Sequence record: MK250029.1
Reading direction: 5' to 3' (one strand)
DNA length: 64,000 bases
The notes under the pieces were generated by a model. It was not told the origin of the DNA. It saw only the letters and a list, made by a program, of their open reading frames with translations, and ran no database searches. The first letter of the stretch is position 1. Every line of letters starts with the position of its first letter. A program made the position numbers and the translations under genes. Shown here piece after piece: positions 23,525-32,905 of this stretch.

Positions 23525-24237
23525 TTAGAATTGAATTATTCCATATGAAATGCCAATACCAATATATGGTGTTAACTTCNNNNNNNNNNNNNNNNNNNNN
23601 NNNNTTGTAGGACCTATAGACCATTTTTTCTGTTTATAATATTTCTTCAAATATTTAAATTTTGATGGGTCAAACATAACACCATCCATATTACTGATAG
23701 AAATATATGGATTATCTGTTCTACCTATTAATCTAATTCCAGATTTATCTTCAATAATATCTAATGTTAAATTTGTATTCATAGTAAATTGATCTATATG
23801 TGCAGAGAATGATGAAAAGTTTTTTCTGACATCTGTTCCACCAGTAACTGCATAATATCCTTTTGGTTCATCAATATGCCATTTTAAATTATATATAGAA
23901 TCACCATGTATAATTGTATCAGACTATGCATATACAGTATCAATTTTTGTATGCATCTTTGTCTATGTAATTACTAAAGGATTATCTTTTAATGATTTTA
24001 ATTCCTATGCTAATTCACAATTCTGATTTTGTAAATCTTTTATATTCTGTACATAGATTTTTTTTGATACATATAAATTCTTTAATTTATTCTTGTAAAT
24101 TTCTAATGAATCACTATTATATATTACCAATGGTGGTTTAATTGATTTTGATTCATAATGTCGATATTTCATGTAACATACACATGAAATCATTACAAAT
24201 AAGATAATAACATAATCTTTAAATGTTAATTTCTTAT
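23525..24237 (-). CDS. Spanin-like membrane/periplasmic protein (start masked, TAG-containing)
   Basis: N-terminal TM (VIILFVMISCVCY), coiled coil, TKIDTVY, C-terminal KKWSIGP...LTPYIGIGISYGIIQF as in Bacteroidetes phage lysis proteins; two track ORFs share one frame. Confidence 0.45.
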
Positions 24238-24384
24238 NNNNNNNNNNNNNNNNNNNNNNNNNNNNNNNNNNNNNNNNNNNNNNNNNNNNNNNNNNNNNNN
24301 NNNNNNNNNNNNNNNNNNNNNNNNNNNNNNNNNNNNNNNNNNNNNNNNNNNNNNNNNNNNNNNNNNNNNNNNNNNNNNNNNNNN

Positions 24385-24597
24385 TTGAGATAGATATTAT
24401 ATATAATATAGAAAAAATTTAATCTTTAAGAAATAATTTTAAATATTTATTTTTATTATAATTTATATATGATTTTTAATAAATATTTTTTTTAAAAATA
24501 TTTCTTTAAAATCTAGACTTTTTTGAAGAACTTAAGTATAATAAATATGTTAATATTTAAGGTTGAGATAGATATTATATATAATATAGAAAAAATT
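24385..24597. repeat. 35-bp direct repeat x2 in an AT-rich intergenic region
   Basis: ttgagatagatattatatataatatagaaaaaatt at 24385 and 24563. Confidence 0.85.
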
Positions 24598-24713
24598 ATT
24601 TTTAATTCAGATTTAAATTTATGTAATTTAGATCTGAATTTTTATTTTATATATTAATATATTATTTAGAATTTGTATAAATTAACATATAAATAATATT
24701 GATAATCAGTTAT

Positions 24714-26237
24714 TTATAAATTATTTTTAAAAACCATTAAAAATATTTTATAAATAAGTAGACTTTTTCTGGNNNNNNNNNNNNNNNNNNNNNNNNNNNN
24801 NNNNNNNNNNNNNNNNNNNNNNNNNNNNNNNNNNNNNNNNNNNNNNNNNNNNNNNNNNNNNNNNNNNNNNNNNNNNNNNNNNNNNNNNNNNNNNNNNNNN
24901 NNNNNNNNNNNNNNNNNNNNNNNNNNNNNNNNNNNNNNNNNNNNNNNNNNNNNNNNNNNNNNNNNNNNNNNNNNNNNNNNNNNNNNNNNNNNNNNNNNNN
25001 NNNNNNNNNNNNNNNNNNNNNNNNNNNNNNNNNNNNNNNNNNNNNNNNNNNNNNNNNNNNNNNNNNNNNNNNNNNNNNNNNNNNNNNNNNNNNNNNNNNN
25101 NNNNNNNNNNNNNNNNNNNNNNNNNNNNNNNNNNNNNNNNNNNNNNNNNNNNNNNNNNNNNNNNNNNNNNNNNNNNNNNNNNNNNNNNNNNNNNNNNNNN
25201 NNNNNNNNNNNNNNNNNNNNNNNNNNNNNNNNNNNNNNNNNNNNNNNNNNNNNNNNNNNNNNNNNNNNNNNNNNNNNNNNNNNNNNNNNNNNNNNNNNNN
25301 NNNNNNNNNNNNNNNNNNNNNNNNNNNNNNNNNNNNNNNNNNNNNNNNNNNNNNNNNNNNNNNNNNNNNNNNNNNNNNNNNNNNNNNNNNNNNNNNNNNN
25401 NNNNNNNNNNNNNNNNNNNNNNNNNNNNNNNNNNNNNNNNNNNNNNNNNNNNNNNNNNNNNNNNNNNNNNNNNNNNNNNNNNNNNNNNNNNNNNNNNNNN
25501 NNNNNNNNNNNNNNNNNNNNNTTTGGAAATCTATAAATTCTATCAGGATTGAGTTTCTTTCTTGTATTAATTAAAAGTTCTCGATCTTCTGGATGTTCAT
25601 TTAAATGTCTTCCATAATCATAATAACAACCATAAATATATTGCATATGATTTATATTACATAAACCACAATATTCTGTATGCAAACCATAATCATTTAG
25701 AAATGTTAAAATATTAGTTGAACCCTGACGTCTGAAAGTATATGTAAAATCAAGCGGTGTTTTTCGCTCTTTAATAGGATTTACAATTTTCTTATTAAGA
25801 CCTCTCGCTTTATAAATTTGAGATTCAGCATACTTATAGAATGATATAAAACATTGTTTAGTCAAAAACATATCTCTATGCTCTCTANNNNNNNNNNNNN
25901 NNNNNNNNNCTTCACCTATAATAAAATTATCATCTACAAATAAAGCTTCAAGAATATTAGGATTTGCCTTTACAAGTAATGATATAAATTTATTAAGTTC
26001 ATACCATTTATTATCATTCTTTGAATCTGCGATTTCTTCTTTGTATGTATTATAACCAAGAAGTTCTTTAATTGAACAAATGTAAATTCCACCTGAATCA
26101 ATATCCGAAGTTGGCGTTGAAAGACCATAGCTGGTACTTCCTCTCACATATTCTATAAGAAGTCTTCCATCATTTCTAATTTTATCGAATTCAGGAATTC
26201 CAACTGTTTCTGTTTTAAAATTCTTATATGATTTCAT
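24714..26237 (-). CDS. Nucleotidyltransferase, RlaP/YcgL (PF10127)-like; 3' half masked, end uncertain
   Basis: YVRGSTSYGLSTPTSDIDSGGIY, WYELNKFISLLVKANPNILEALF. Confidence 0.8.
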   Translation of the reverse strand: MKSYKNFKTETVGIPEFDKIRNDGRLLIEYVRGSTSYGLSTPTSDIDSGGIYICSIKELLGYNTYKEEIADSKNDNKWYELNKFISLLVKANPNILEALFVDDNFIIGEXXXXXXXXREHRDMFLTKQCFISFYKYAESQIYKARGLNKKIVNPIKERKTPLDFTYTFRRQGSTNILTFLNDYGLHTEYCGLCNINHMQYIYGCYYDYGRHLNEHPEDRELLINTRKKLNPDRIYRFPXXXXXXXXXXXXXXXXXXXXXXXXXXXXXXXXXXXXXXXXXXXXXXXXXXXXXXXXXXXXXXXXXXXXXXXXXXXXXXXXXXXXXXXXXXXXXXXXXXXXXXXXXXXXXXXXXXXXXXXXXXXXXXXXXXXXXXXXXXXXXXXXXXXXXXXXXXXXXXXXXXXXXXXXXXXXXXXXXXXXXXXXXXXXXXXXXXXXXXXXXXXXXXXXXXXXXXXXXXXXXXXXXXXXXXXXXXXXXXXXXXXXXXXXXXXRKSLLIYKIFLMVFKNNL

Positions 26238-26248
26238 ATTTTATAATT

Positions 26249-26875
26249 TTATTTCTTTTCTCTATCTCTGACGGCTTTAAATAATGCGGTTGCCCATGTT
26301 TCAAGATCTGATGGATCAACTGGAATAATATCTCTTGTTAACCATTGTTCTTCTGACATTCCTTCAATATTAATAAAATTATCATGCTTCAGATTTTTAA
26401 CAACATCTTCTGAATGTGTAATAACAAGAATACCATAATTATTTTTCAATATATCAGGAAATTTTTCATTCAGCATGTTACATACACCTGTTTGAACCTC
26501 ACGAGACATTCCGATTTCTAATTCATCTATAACTATGAATTTATTTTTAGCATGTGATAACATACCATTCAAAAGATTTATAGTTGAATCAGACGTTGAG
26601 CACCAAGGAAGATCATGATTCATATCAGAAAGTGCACTATATTCAGGTCTACTTTCCGTTCTTGTCTGCATAGAAACACTAATAACAGCTTTATTTGCAG
26701 AAATATCTTTTTTATTTGAGATATAAAAAGCCAACTGTTTTCTGATAAGAGATTTTCCTAATGCATTACCACCAGTTAAAATAGTTATTTTATCTACTGG
26801 AATACTATCACATATATCAAGTATATGATTTATATGCTTATTTAATGTTTCTTCTGATGTATCTTTATAATTCAT
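26249..26875 (-). CDS. ABC/AAA-type ATPase
   Basis: Walker A LTGGNALGKS, Walker B IVIDELEIGMS, VITHS switch. Confidence 0.75.
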   Translation of the reverse strand: MNYKDTSEETLNKHINHILDICDSIPVDKITILTGGNALGKSLIRKQLAFYISNKKDISANKAVISVSMQTRTESRPEYSALSDMNHDLPWCSTSDSTINLLNGMLSHAKNKFIVIDELEIGMSREVQTGVCNMLNEKFPDILKNNYGILVITHSEDVVKNLKHDNFINIEGMSEEQWLTRDIIPVDPSDLETWATALFKAVRDREKK

Positions 26876-26921
26876 ATCATTATTATCTTTATTGTATCTT
26901 CATATATGTGATTATTTGGTT

Positions 26922-27521
26922 TTATGGAACATAAAGCAGTGTAATTCCATCACTATGAATGTCTATAGATTTGAATGTCTTTCTAAATTCATTCATATCA
27001 AAACCGGTTGTTAATAGATGACAACCATTTTTTGTAGGAACACTCATACGTACTTTTCTAAGTACATATGTTGGCTGAAGATTATTAATTGTAGAAACTA
27101 CATCATTATAATCATCTGAACCAATATCAATACCATCAAGATCTACAAGATATAGTTTATCATTACCATCTTGCTTTCCACATACGCCACATGCTGAATT
27201 AAGAGATTTTGACATATGCTTCCAATTACCCTTTCTGATTTCCTGTGTAATAAGAGAAATCTGTTCAAGCATAACAGATTGTGCATCAAGACAATTCATC
27301 TTAATATATGCACGTGCATTATGCATATTACACAATTCAATAATACGTTTTTCGAGTTTCTCATATTGTTCAACACTGAAAACATAAAAGCTTTCAATAG
27401 GAATTGAATATGCTTTCATTTCCGGGTTTTCCTTCTTTCTCTTCAAAATCTGAATGAAATAAAATGAGCGTTCATTTTGAAACTCAAGATGATTCTTAAT
27501 AAGTTCGAAATTGTTTACCAT
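26922..27521 (-). CDS. Hypothetical protein
   Basis: 199-aa ORF (RAYI..N, YLVDLD, T.NG.HLLT motifs). Confidence 0.7.
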   Translation of the reverse strand: MVNNFELIKNHLEFQNERSFYFIQILKRKKENPEMKAYSIPIESFYVFSVEQYEKLEKRIIELCNMHNARAYIKMNCLDAQSVMLEQISLITQEIRKGNWKHMSKSLNSACGVCGKQDGNDKLYLVDLDGIDIGSDDYNDVVSTINNLQPTYVLRKVRMSVPTKNGCHLLTTGFDMNEFRKTFKSIDIHSDGITLLYVP

Positions 27522-27522
27522 A

Positions 27523-27813
27523 TTATTTTTTATATTTAGAAAGTTCTTCTTTTAATCTGTTAATCTCATTTACCATATTATAGTATTCCTTATATGGTAT
27601 AATTTTAAGTTTACCTTGATTTGACTTTGTTGTAAATTTCTCTGTTTCAAGTCTGAAATGACTATTCACACGTTCTGCTTCTGCTGATGCATCTCTCTCA
27701 TTTTCATTTAAAAATAAGCGGACTTTTTTTACATCTGCAACAGCTGTACTTTGATAATCGGTATCCCAATCATTATGAATGTAAGTATCGATTGCTACAT
27801 ATCCATATACCAT
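27523..27813 (-). CDS. Hypothetical protein
   Basis: 96-aa ORF downstream of TAnnTTTG promoter. Confidence 0.65.
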   Translation of the reverse strand: MVYGYVAIDTYIHNDWDTDYQSTAVADVKKVRLFLNENERDASAEAERVNSHFRLETEKFTTKSNQGKLKIIPYKEYYNMVNEINRLKEELSKYKK

Positions 27814-27851
27814 ATTATTTCTTATTTAATTATTATTGTTATTAACTAATA

Positions 27852-27859
27852 CAAAGATA
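27852..27859 (-). promoter_or_regulatory. Bacteroidetes-type -7 promoter element (TATCTTTG)
   Basis: Minus strand TTTTTTATTTCATGGAAAATATGTATCTTTGT upstream of the 27813 start. Confidence 0.7.
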
Positions 27860-27995
27860 CATATTTTCCATGAAATAAAAAAATAATATATATAAAAAAT
27901 AAATATTTCTCCTGTATCGCATTATTTTTAACTTACCTTAATACTTTACTATATAAGATATTTGGATGCGATACAGAAGAAATATGATATGAAAT

Positions 27996-28307
27996 TTAAG
28001 ATTCTATGTCATCATCGTCATCATCTACTTTAGATGTATCAACTAATTTGACATTATCAGTATTCATAATTGCAATAGTGTGAGGTTCTCTAAAATTACG
28101 ACCTTTATAATTTGAATCATATTCACAAATAACAGGTTCTGTATTTTTATCTCGTGTGAATCTATTAGGCATAAAACATGGATCAATTCGTACTTTACCT
28201 GATGGCATAAATCCAACTACAACTCCTACACGAGCCTCTGCATAACCTGGGTCACCATATGCCACAAAATCTCCAATTTTAATTTCTCTATCTAAAATAT
28301 CCTTCAT
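27996..28307 (-). CDS. Hypothetical protein (KOW-like start)
   Basis: MKDILDREIKIGDFVAY. Confidence 0.65.
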   Translation of the reverse strand: MKDILDREIKIGDFVAYGDPGYAEARVGVVVGFMPSGKVRIDPCFMPNRFTRDKNTEPVICEYDSNYKGRNFREPHTIAIMNTDNVKLVDTSKVDDDDDDIES

Positions 28308-28434
28308 ATAAAAATAATTTAAAAAATATTAAAAAATACAAACAAACACTGTGCTTTTCCATATAATTAATGTTTGTTTGTATTAAATGTTTCTAATCTA
28401 AAAATATAATATTAAATTTAAGGTAATAAGGTAT

Positions 28435-28797
28435 TTAAGAAATTTCATATTTATATTCTACCGTAAACTCAGATGATTCATAATCATTATCTAGTTTATC
28501 CCAACAATAAGGATTATCTGCAAAATCATCTGCTAAATGATGTTTACAATATGAATCTTTTAATGTTTCATTTGGAAGAATAATATTAATTCTTACATTA
28601 TTTTCATCATCTGTATGTTGTACATACAAATATGAACCAGTTTCTTTATGCATATAAAGAAGATTATTATACCATGATATATTATCACAATATACAAGTT
28701 CCTTTCGATTAATGATAATATTTGTACCTGCAGGATAATCATTACCATTAATTAGTGCTCTAAGTAACTTAGCTAATGTTATAGTATTCATAATCAA
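28435..28797 (-). CDS. Hypothetical protein
   Basis: 120-aa ORF. Confidence 0.6.
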   Translation of the reverse strand: MIMNTITLAKLLRALINGNDYPAGTNIIINRKELVYCDNISWYNNLLYMHKETGSYLYVQHTDDENNVRINIILPNETLKDSYCKHHLADDFADNPYCWDKLDNDYESSEFTVEYKYEIS

Positions 28798-28805
28798 TTA
28801 TTATT

Positions 28806-29024
28806 TTAACAATATTCAGATGCTTCATGTTCAGCATTATCATAACCATCATTATATGCTAAACCATAAATTTCAGAAACAATATTTGCTATTTTATCAA
28901 TATCTGTTTCTTTAATTTTTAATTTTGATAACAATGGTAACATCTCTTTATGAAACTTATCAGATGCCTCACATTTACCAAAGAAGTCACCAGAACCGAT
29001 ATAATATGTTTTATTTTTATTCAT
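28806..29024 (-). CDS. Hypothetical protein
   Basis: 72-aa ORF after promoter at 29055. Confidence 0.6.
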   Translation of the reverse strand: MNKNKTYYIGSGDFFGKCEASDKFHKEMLPLLSKLKIKETDIDKIANIVSEIYGLAYNDGYDNAEHEASEYC

Positions 29025-29054
29025 AATTTATTTTATCTTTATTAATTTACATAA

Positions 29055-29062
29055 CAAAGATA
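29055..29062 (-). promoter_or_regulatory. Bacteroidetes-type -7 promoter element
   Basis: TTTTTTTATTTCATAAAATATGTGTATCTTTGT on minus strand. Confidence 0.7.
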
Positions 29063-29086
29063 CACATATTTTATGAAATAAAAAAA

Positions 29087-29299
29087 TTAAATGATAGAAT
29101 CATCTTCATCTTGTTCAACTTTATATGTATATCTTGGGTCAAATGGTTCTGCATAATTAAGATCTACACACATTACATATATCATAATAAATGGAAATGG
29201 AATAATTAAACCGAGATAATATAGTATCTGCTGCAAACGGTAAATCAATACATCATTCCATTTGTACTTCTGTTTGTCCTTTGTTTTTATTAGTCTCAT
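29087..29299 (-). CDS. Small membrane protein, hypothetical
   Basis: Hydrophobic segment ILYYLGLIIPFPFIMIYVMCV. Confidence 0.55.
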   Translation of the reverse strand: MRLIKTKDKQKYKWNDVLIYRLQQILYYLGLIIPFPFIMIYVMCVDLNYAEPFDPRYTYKVEQDEDDSII

Positions 29300-29603
29300 T
29301 TTCTTCTTTCATCTTTTTCATTGCTACAAATATCTCACATAATGATGCAAGTTGATTTTCATGATCATGTTCAAATGATATAAATTCTCGGCATTCTTTT
29401 TCTTTAATATCAGGAAACATATAAGAAGGTATTTCACCACCTAATTGTCTGGAAAGTTCCCATTTCCCTGTTGAATTATTAAATATAGGAGTATCATAAA
29501 ATACATGAAGTTTTCCATATAGTTCTAATTCATCATGAAATTTAGGATGTTCACCGCGTTCATCACGTGCTAAATAAATTGATAGAACTTTATTTTTACT
29601 CAT
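29253..29603 (-). CDS. Hypothetical protein
   Basis: 116-aa ORF. Confidence 0.6.
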   Translation of the reverse strand: MSKNKVLSIYLARDERGEHPKFHDELELYGKLHVFYDTPIFNNSTGKWELSRQLGGEIPSYMFPDIKEKECREFISFEHDHENQLASLCEIFVAMKKMKEENETNKNKGQTEVQME

Positions 29604-29610
29604 AATTGTA

Positions 29611-29877
29611 TTATTTTAGTTTACGACCACAAATTGGACAATAATTGATATTTAATTCAACATCAAAATCATAACTATATGCATTTGATTTATGATGCAT
29701 TATTAATGTATTTGTATCTGTATTGATATGCATAGATGAAAAATCGTCATCAGAAATTATATCAAGTTGTGTTATATCTATATTATCAACTTTCTTATAT
29801 TTCGGCAATCCTCTGCGACTATAACCATCAAATACTTCTTTAAGACCAATCTTAGTCTTTTCACAATATTTACACAT
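29611..29877 (-). CDS. Small Zn-ribbon protein
   Basis: MCKYC...INYCPICGRKL. Confidence 0.7.
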   Translation of the reverse strand: MCKYCEKTKIGLKEVFDGYSRRGLPKYKKVDNIDITQLDIISDDDFSSMHINTDTNTLIMHHKSNAYSYDFDVELNINYCPICGRKLK

Positions 29878-29887
29878 TACTTATAAA

Positions 29888-30259
29888 TTATTTAGTCCAA
29901 CCATAAATATACCCATATGTATTTCTACATACATCTGAATATTTTGTATCTATAATTTTATGATAATTTATAAAATCATTGTCTGATATATATTCTGTTT
30001 CATACCAAAAATTACAATCATTTCCATCACTACACTGATAATGATGTTCAATCATATTTTTATCTGAATTCCATTTTAATGAATCACCATAATTATATAA
30101 AGTTTTATTTGTTTCCTTTAAATAAGAAACAATTTCTTCCCATGCTTTGAAACCTTTTGTTTTCCAAAACATTTCTTCTTCTTTTTTCTGCTGAATCTTT
30201 ACTTTCTCTTCTTCTCGATCAAAAGATTCCTTAAGCTGTGATAAAATAATATTATCCAT
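29888..30259 (-). CDS. Hypothetical protein
   Basis: 123-aa ORF. Confidence 0.6.
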   Translation of the reverse strand: MDNIILSQLKESFDREEEKVKIQQKKEEEMFWKTKGFKAWEEIVSYLKETNKTLYNYGDSLKWNSDKNMIEHHYQCSDGNDCNFWYETEYISDNDFINYHKIIDTKYSDVCRNTYGYIYGWTK

Positions 30260-30461
30260 TTGTTACATTTTTAGATTCAACAATAAAACCGTTTCCGATT
30301 TCTCTTGCAACACGAGATGCATACTCAATGTTATTGTAAATTCCGTAATACCAGTTACCATCAGGACATTCCCTTGCAACTGTATATCTATAATCATTAA
30401 TATATTCAGAAAATCTTGCTGGAAGATTCTTAATAATATGTCTTGGATCAATATTTGCCAT
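30252..30461 (-). CDS. Hypothetical protein
   Basis: 69-aa ORF after promoter at 30491. Confidence 0.6.
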   Translation of the reverse strand: MANIDPRHIIKNLPARFSEYINDYRYTVARECPDGNWYYGIYNNIEYASRVAREIGNGFIVESKNVTNG

Positions 30462-30490
30462 AATTTTATATTTTTAAATTTTTTATATTA

Positions 30491-30498
30491 CAAAGATA
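30491..30498 (-). promoter_or_regulatory. Bacteroidetes-type -7 promoter element
   Basis: TTTTTTATTTAAAAACAAATGTGTATCTTTGT on minus strand. Confidence 0.7.
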
Positions 30499-30522
30499 CA
30501 CATTTGTTTTTAAATAAAAAAA

Positions 30523-31464
30523 TTATTCTGGAAAAACTTCTATATTTTTTAAATTCCTAAAATCTGATACATTATATTTTAATGTTAACTTAATCACATT
30601 TCCATATAATACGCAGTTACCTCTTGATATTTCTACATTTCTTGAACTTTGACAAAATATTCCAGCACCATCATTATATCGTTCACATCTAATTAATCTT
30701 GCATGTTCACGTAATGCTTTATCAGAATATAAACAATTTACAGTATTACCTAAATTATCTCTTAATATAAATGAGAAATAACCTAATCTTGTAATTGTGT
30801 TTACTGCTTCATTAAATTTATTAATCTGAAATTTAACATACTCATTTGACATATCATAATGTTTGTATGCATCGGACAATGCTTTATTATATACATTTTG
30901 AAATGTATTTTGTTGTATAATATTATCTGTACATTTAATACTAATATTAAGAATTACTTTATTTCCATATATAACTGGTTCATCAACATCCAATTTATAA
31001 TTATAACATTGTGTTGAAATATCTGTAAGTTTCTCTAATACATGATTGAATGAAATATGTACACTTTCATTATTAGAACCTGTTACTTCATTATTTGCTA
31101 TTAATGAAGAACCATTTATGGAAACAGATGAACCATGATTATTAACATATTTGTTTAACTTATCAACAGATACAATAACATTCAGTTTAATTGTTTTTGT
31201 TGATTCATTATATTCTATTTCTTTATATGACTTAATATAACCATTTGTGATCATTACAGTTTCATCTGTAAATAAGTCTTCTGTATTAATTGATGAACGT
31301 GATGATATATAAGTTCCATATGCATCTGCAAGAGCAAATCTCAATGCAGATAAAGTAGCTTCTTGCTTATTCTTACCAGTACCGCAAGATTTTACCAAAA
31401 CATCATTACAATAACAATTAATACATGTTATATAAAGAAATAAAAATATAATGAATCGTTTCAT
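30523..31464 (-). CDS. Secreted LPP20-like envelope protein
   Basis: Signal peptide; G.GKNKQEA..SALR.AL..AYGTYISS....N......E....TNGYIKSYK. Confidence 0.6.
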   Translation of the reverse strand: MKRFIIFLFLYITCINCYCNDVLVKSCGTGKNKQEATLSALRFALADAYGTYISSRSSINTEDLFTDETVMITNGYIKSYKEIEYNESTKTIKLNVIVSVDKLNKYVNNHGSSVSINGSSLIANNEVTGSNNESVHISFNHVLEKLTDISTQCYNYKLDVDEPVIYGNKVILNISIKCTDNIIQQNTFQNVYNKALSDAYKHYDMSNEYVKFQINKFNEAVNTITRLGYFSFILRDNLGNTVNCLYSDKALREHARLIRCERYNDGAGIFCQSSRNVEISRGNCVLYGNVIKLTLKYNVSDFRNLKNIEVFPE

Positions 31465-31468
31465 AACT

Positions 31469-32014
31469 TTACTTTTTTAATTTAATAAAATATATATAAA
31501 TATCAGAATTTTTAGCTGATACTTTCTTTAACATCTGCAAATGACTAACTTCACCCATTGATGTTTGAACAATTTCATCTGTAAATATATAATTATCAAA
31601 ATTATGTGAATTTTCATTCATATTAACTGATGTTACTGCATCAATATCAGAATTATCTGAATTATTATCATCGTTAGAATCTTCTGTATAGAAATTTGAT
31701 TCCATATTTTCTATATTATATGTAGAATAAGATCTGTTTCTTGCTCCACGTAAAAATTCAATAATAGATCTTGTTGCATTCATATGTGCAATACGATCAC
31801 AATATTCAGGATTTCTGTTATTTGCAATTTTAACGACTGATACCAAAACAGGACCATTAGATGTTTTATATACAGAACAACCAGTTACATTATTTTCAAC
31901 ATATTCTGATACTACTTTATTTCGTAGTAGAATTTTATTCTTTTCAGATAGAACTTGAGAAAAACTAAATGTAAAAGAAAATAAACAAATTAGAAATGAT
32001 ATAATATATTTCAT
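31469..32014 (-). CDS. Secreted hypothetical protein (LPP20-like operon)
   Basis: Signal peptide; R.A.MNA.RSI.EFL.GA. Confidence 0.55.
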   Translation of the reverse strand: MKYIISFLICLFSFTFSFSQVLSEKNKILLRNKVVSEYVENNVTGCSVYKTSNGPVLVSVVKIANNRNPEYCDRIAHMNATRSIIEFLRGARNRSYSTYNIENMESNFYTEDSNDDNNSDNSDIDAVTSVNMNENSHNFDNYIFTDEIVQTSMGEVSHLQMLKKVSAKNSDIYIYFIKLKK

Positions 32015-32066
32015 AATCTTAATTATAATTAATGTTATACTATGTTTTACTTAATTTTATTTAATG

Positions 32067-32744
32067 TTACTCATCTTGATTAGGTTCTAAAGGAATTCCT
32101 TCGTTCTCTGATTTTTTCTTATCAGACTGATACTTATCAAGTTCATCCCATGCATCCATCATATCTCGCTCAAATTCTTTTTCTTTTTTAAGAAGCTGTC
32201 TATCCTGTGATTTAATATTACTGATAATATTCTCTTTATCATATTTTACGCAAACTTCATACCGATACATTTGCTTATATCGATTATAATACTTTTGACA
32301 CTTTATAACATTGATACCTTCTACAATACCCTTACATGCATTGACAACCTGTTCACGTGTCTTATTACTGATAGATGAACCATCATCTGTTTCAAGTTCA
32401 TCATTATACATGTCAATACCATAACGAATATACAACTCCATCTTTTTACGAAGATTAGCAGTTGCATGTGTTACTGCTTTATTATATGCAAACATCTCAT
32501 TTCGAGATTCTGAAATACCATATGCACGGATTTCACCTGTTCCTGTTTCAAGAGACAATTGCATAATAGGAGAAATATCTTCTACACTATAACCGTCTGA
32601 TTGAGGACCATATTCCTCAATATACTTCTGCAATCTCTGATTCTCTACACGAAGATTGTGAATCTCTGTTGTATCCTTCTTACTAGCATATGTAGTAAGT
32701 GTAACAGCAAACATTGTAACTAATACAAAAATAAACTTTTTCAT
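32067..32744 (-). CDS. Secreted LPP20-like protein
   Basis: Signal peptide; IRAYG..ES.NE..A..KA...A.A.L, Y...VCV.Y pattern. Confidence 0.6.
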   Translation of the reverse strand: MKKFIFVLVTMFAVTLTTYASKKDTTEIHNLRVENQRLQKYIEEYGPQSDGYSVEDISPIMQLSLETGTGEIRAYGISESRNEMFAYNKAVTHATANLRKKMELYIRYGIDMYNDELETDDGSSISNKTREQVVNACKGIVEGINVIKCQKYYNRYKQMYRYEVCVKYDKENIISNIKSQDRQLLKKEKEFERDMMDAWDELDKYQSDKKKSENEGIPLEPNQDE

Positions 32745-32825
32745 AATTTTTAATAATTTTTAATTAATATTCTTAATATACTCTTTTATATAATCTAACC
32801 TTTTTATCTTAATTTAGGTCTAACG

Positions 32826-32833
32826 CAAAGATA
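32826..32833 (-). promoter_or_regulatory. Bacteroidetes-type -7 promoter element driving the LPP20-like operon
   Basis: TTTTTTATTTAAATTTTTAGGTGTATCTTTGC on minus strand. Confidence 0.65.
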
Positions 32834-32905
32834 CACCTAAAAATTTAAATAAAAAAATATATTCTATATAAATTTAATATAAATAAGAAAAATATTTTTT
32901 GATAC

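Noticed and set aside
8949-25521. Long N-runs as biological features
   Set aside because: They are missing data; they interrupt otherwise normal genes and may not preserve frame (e.g. 12221-12648).
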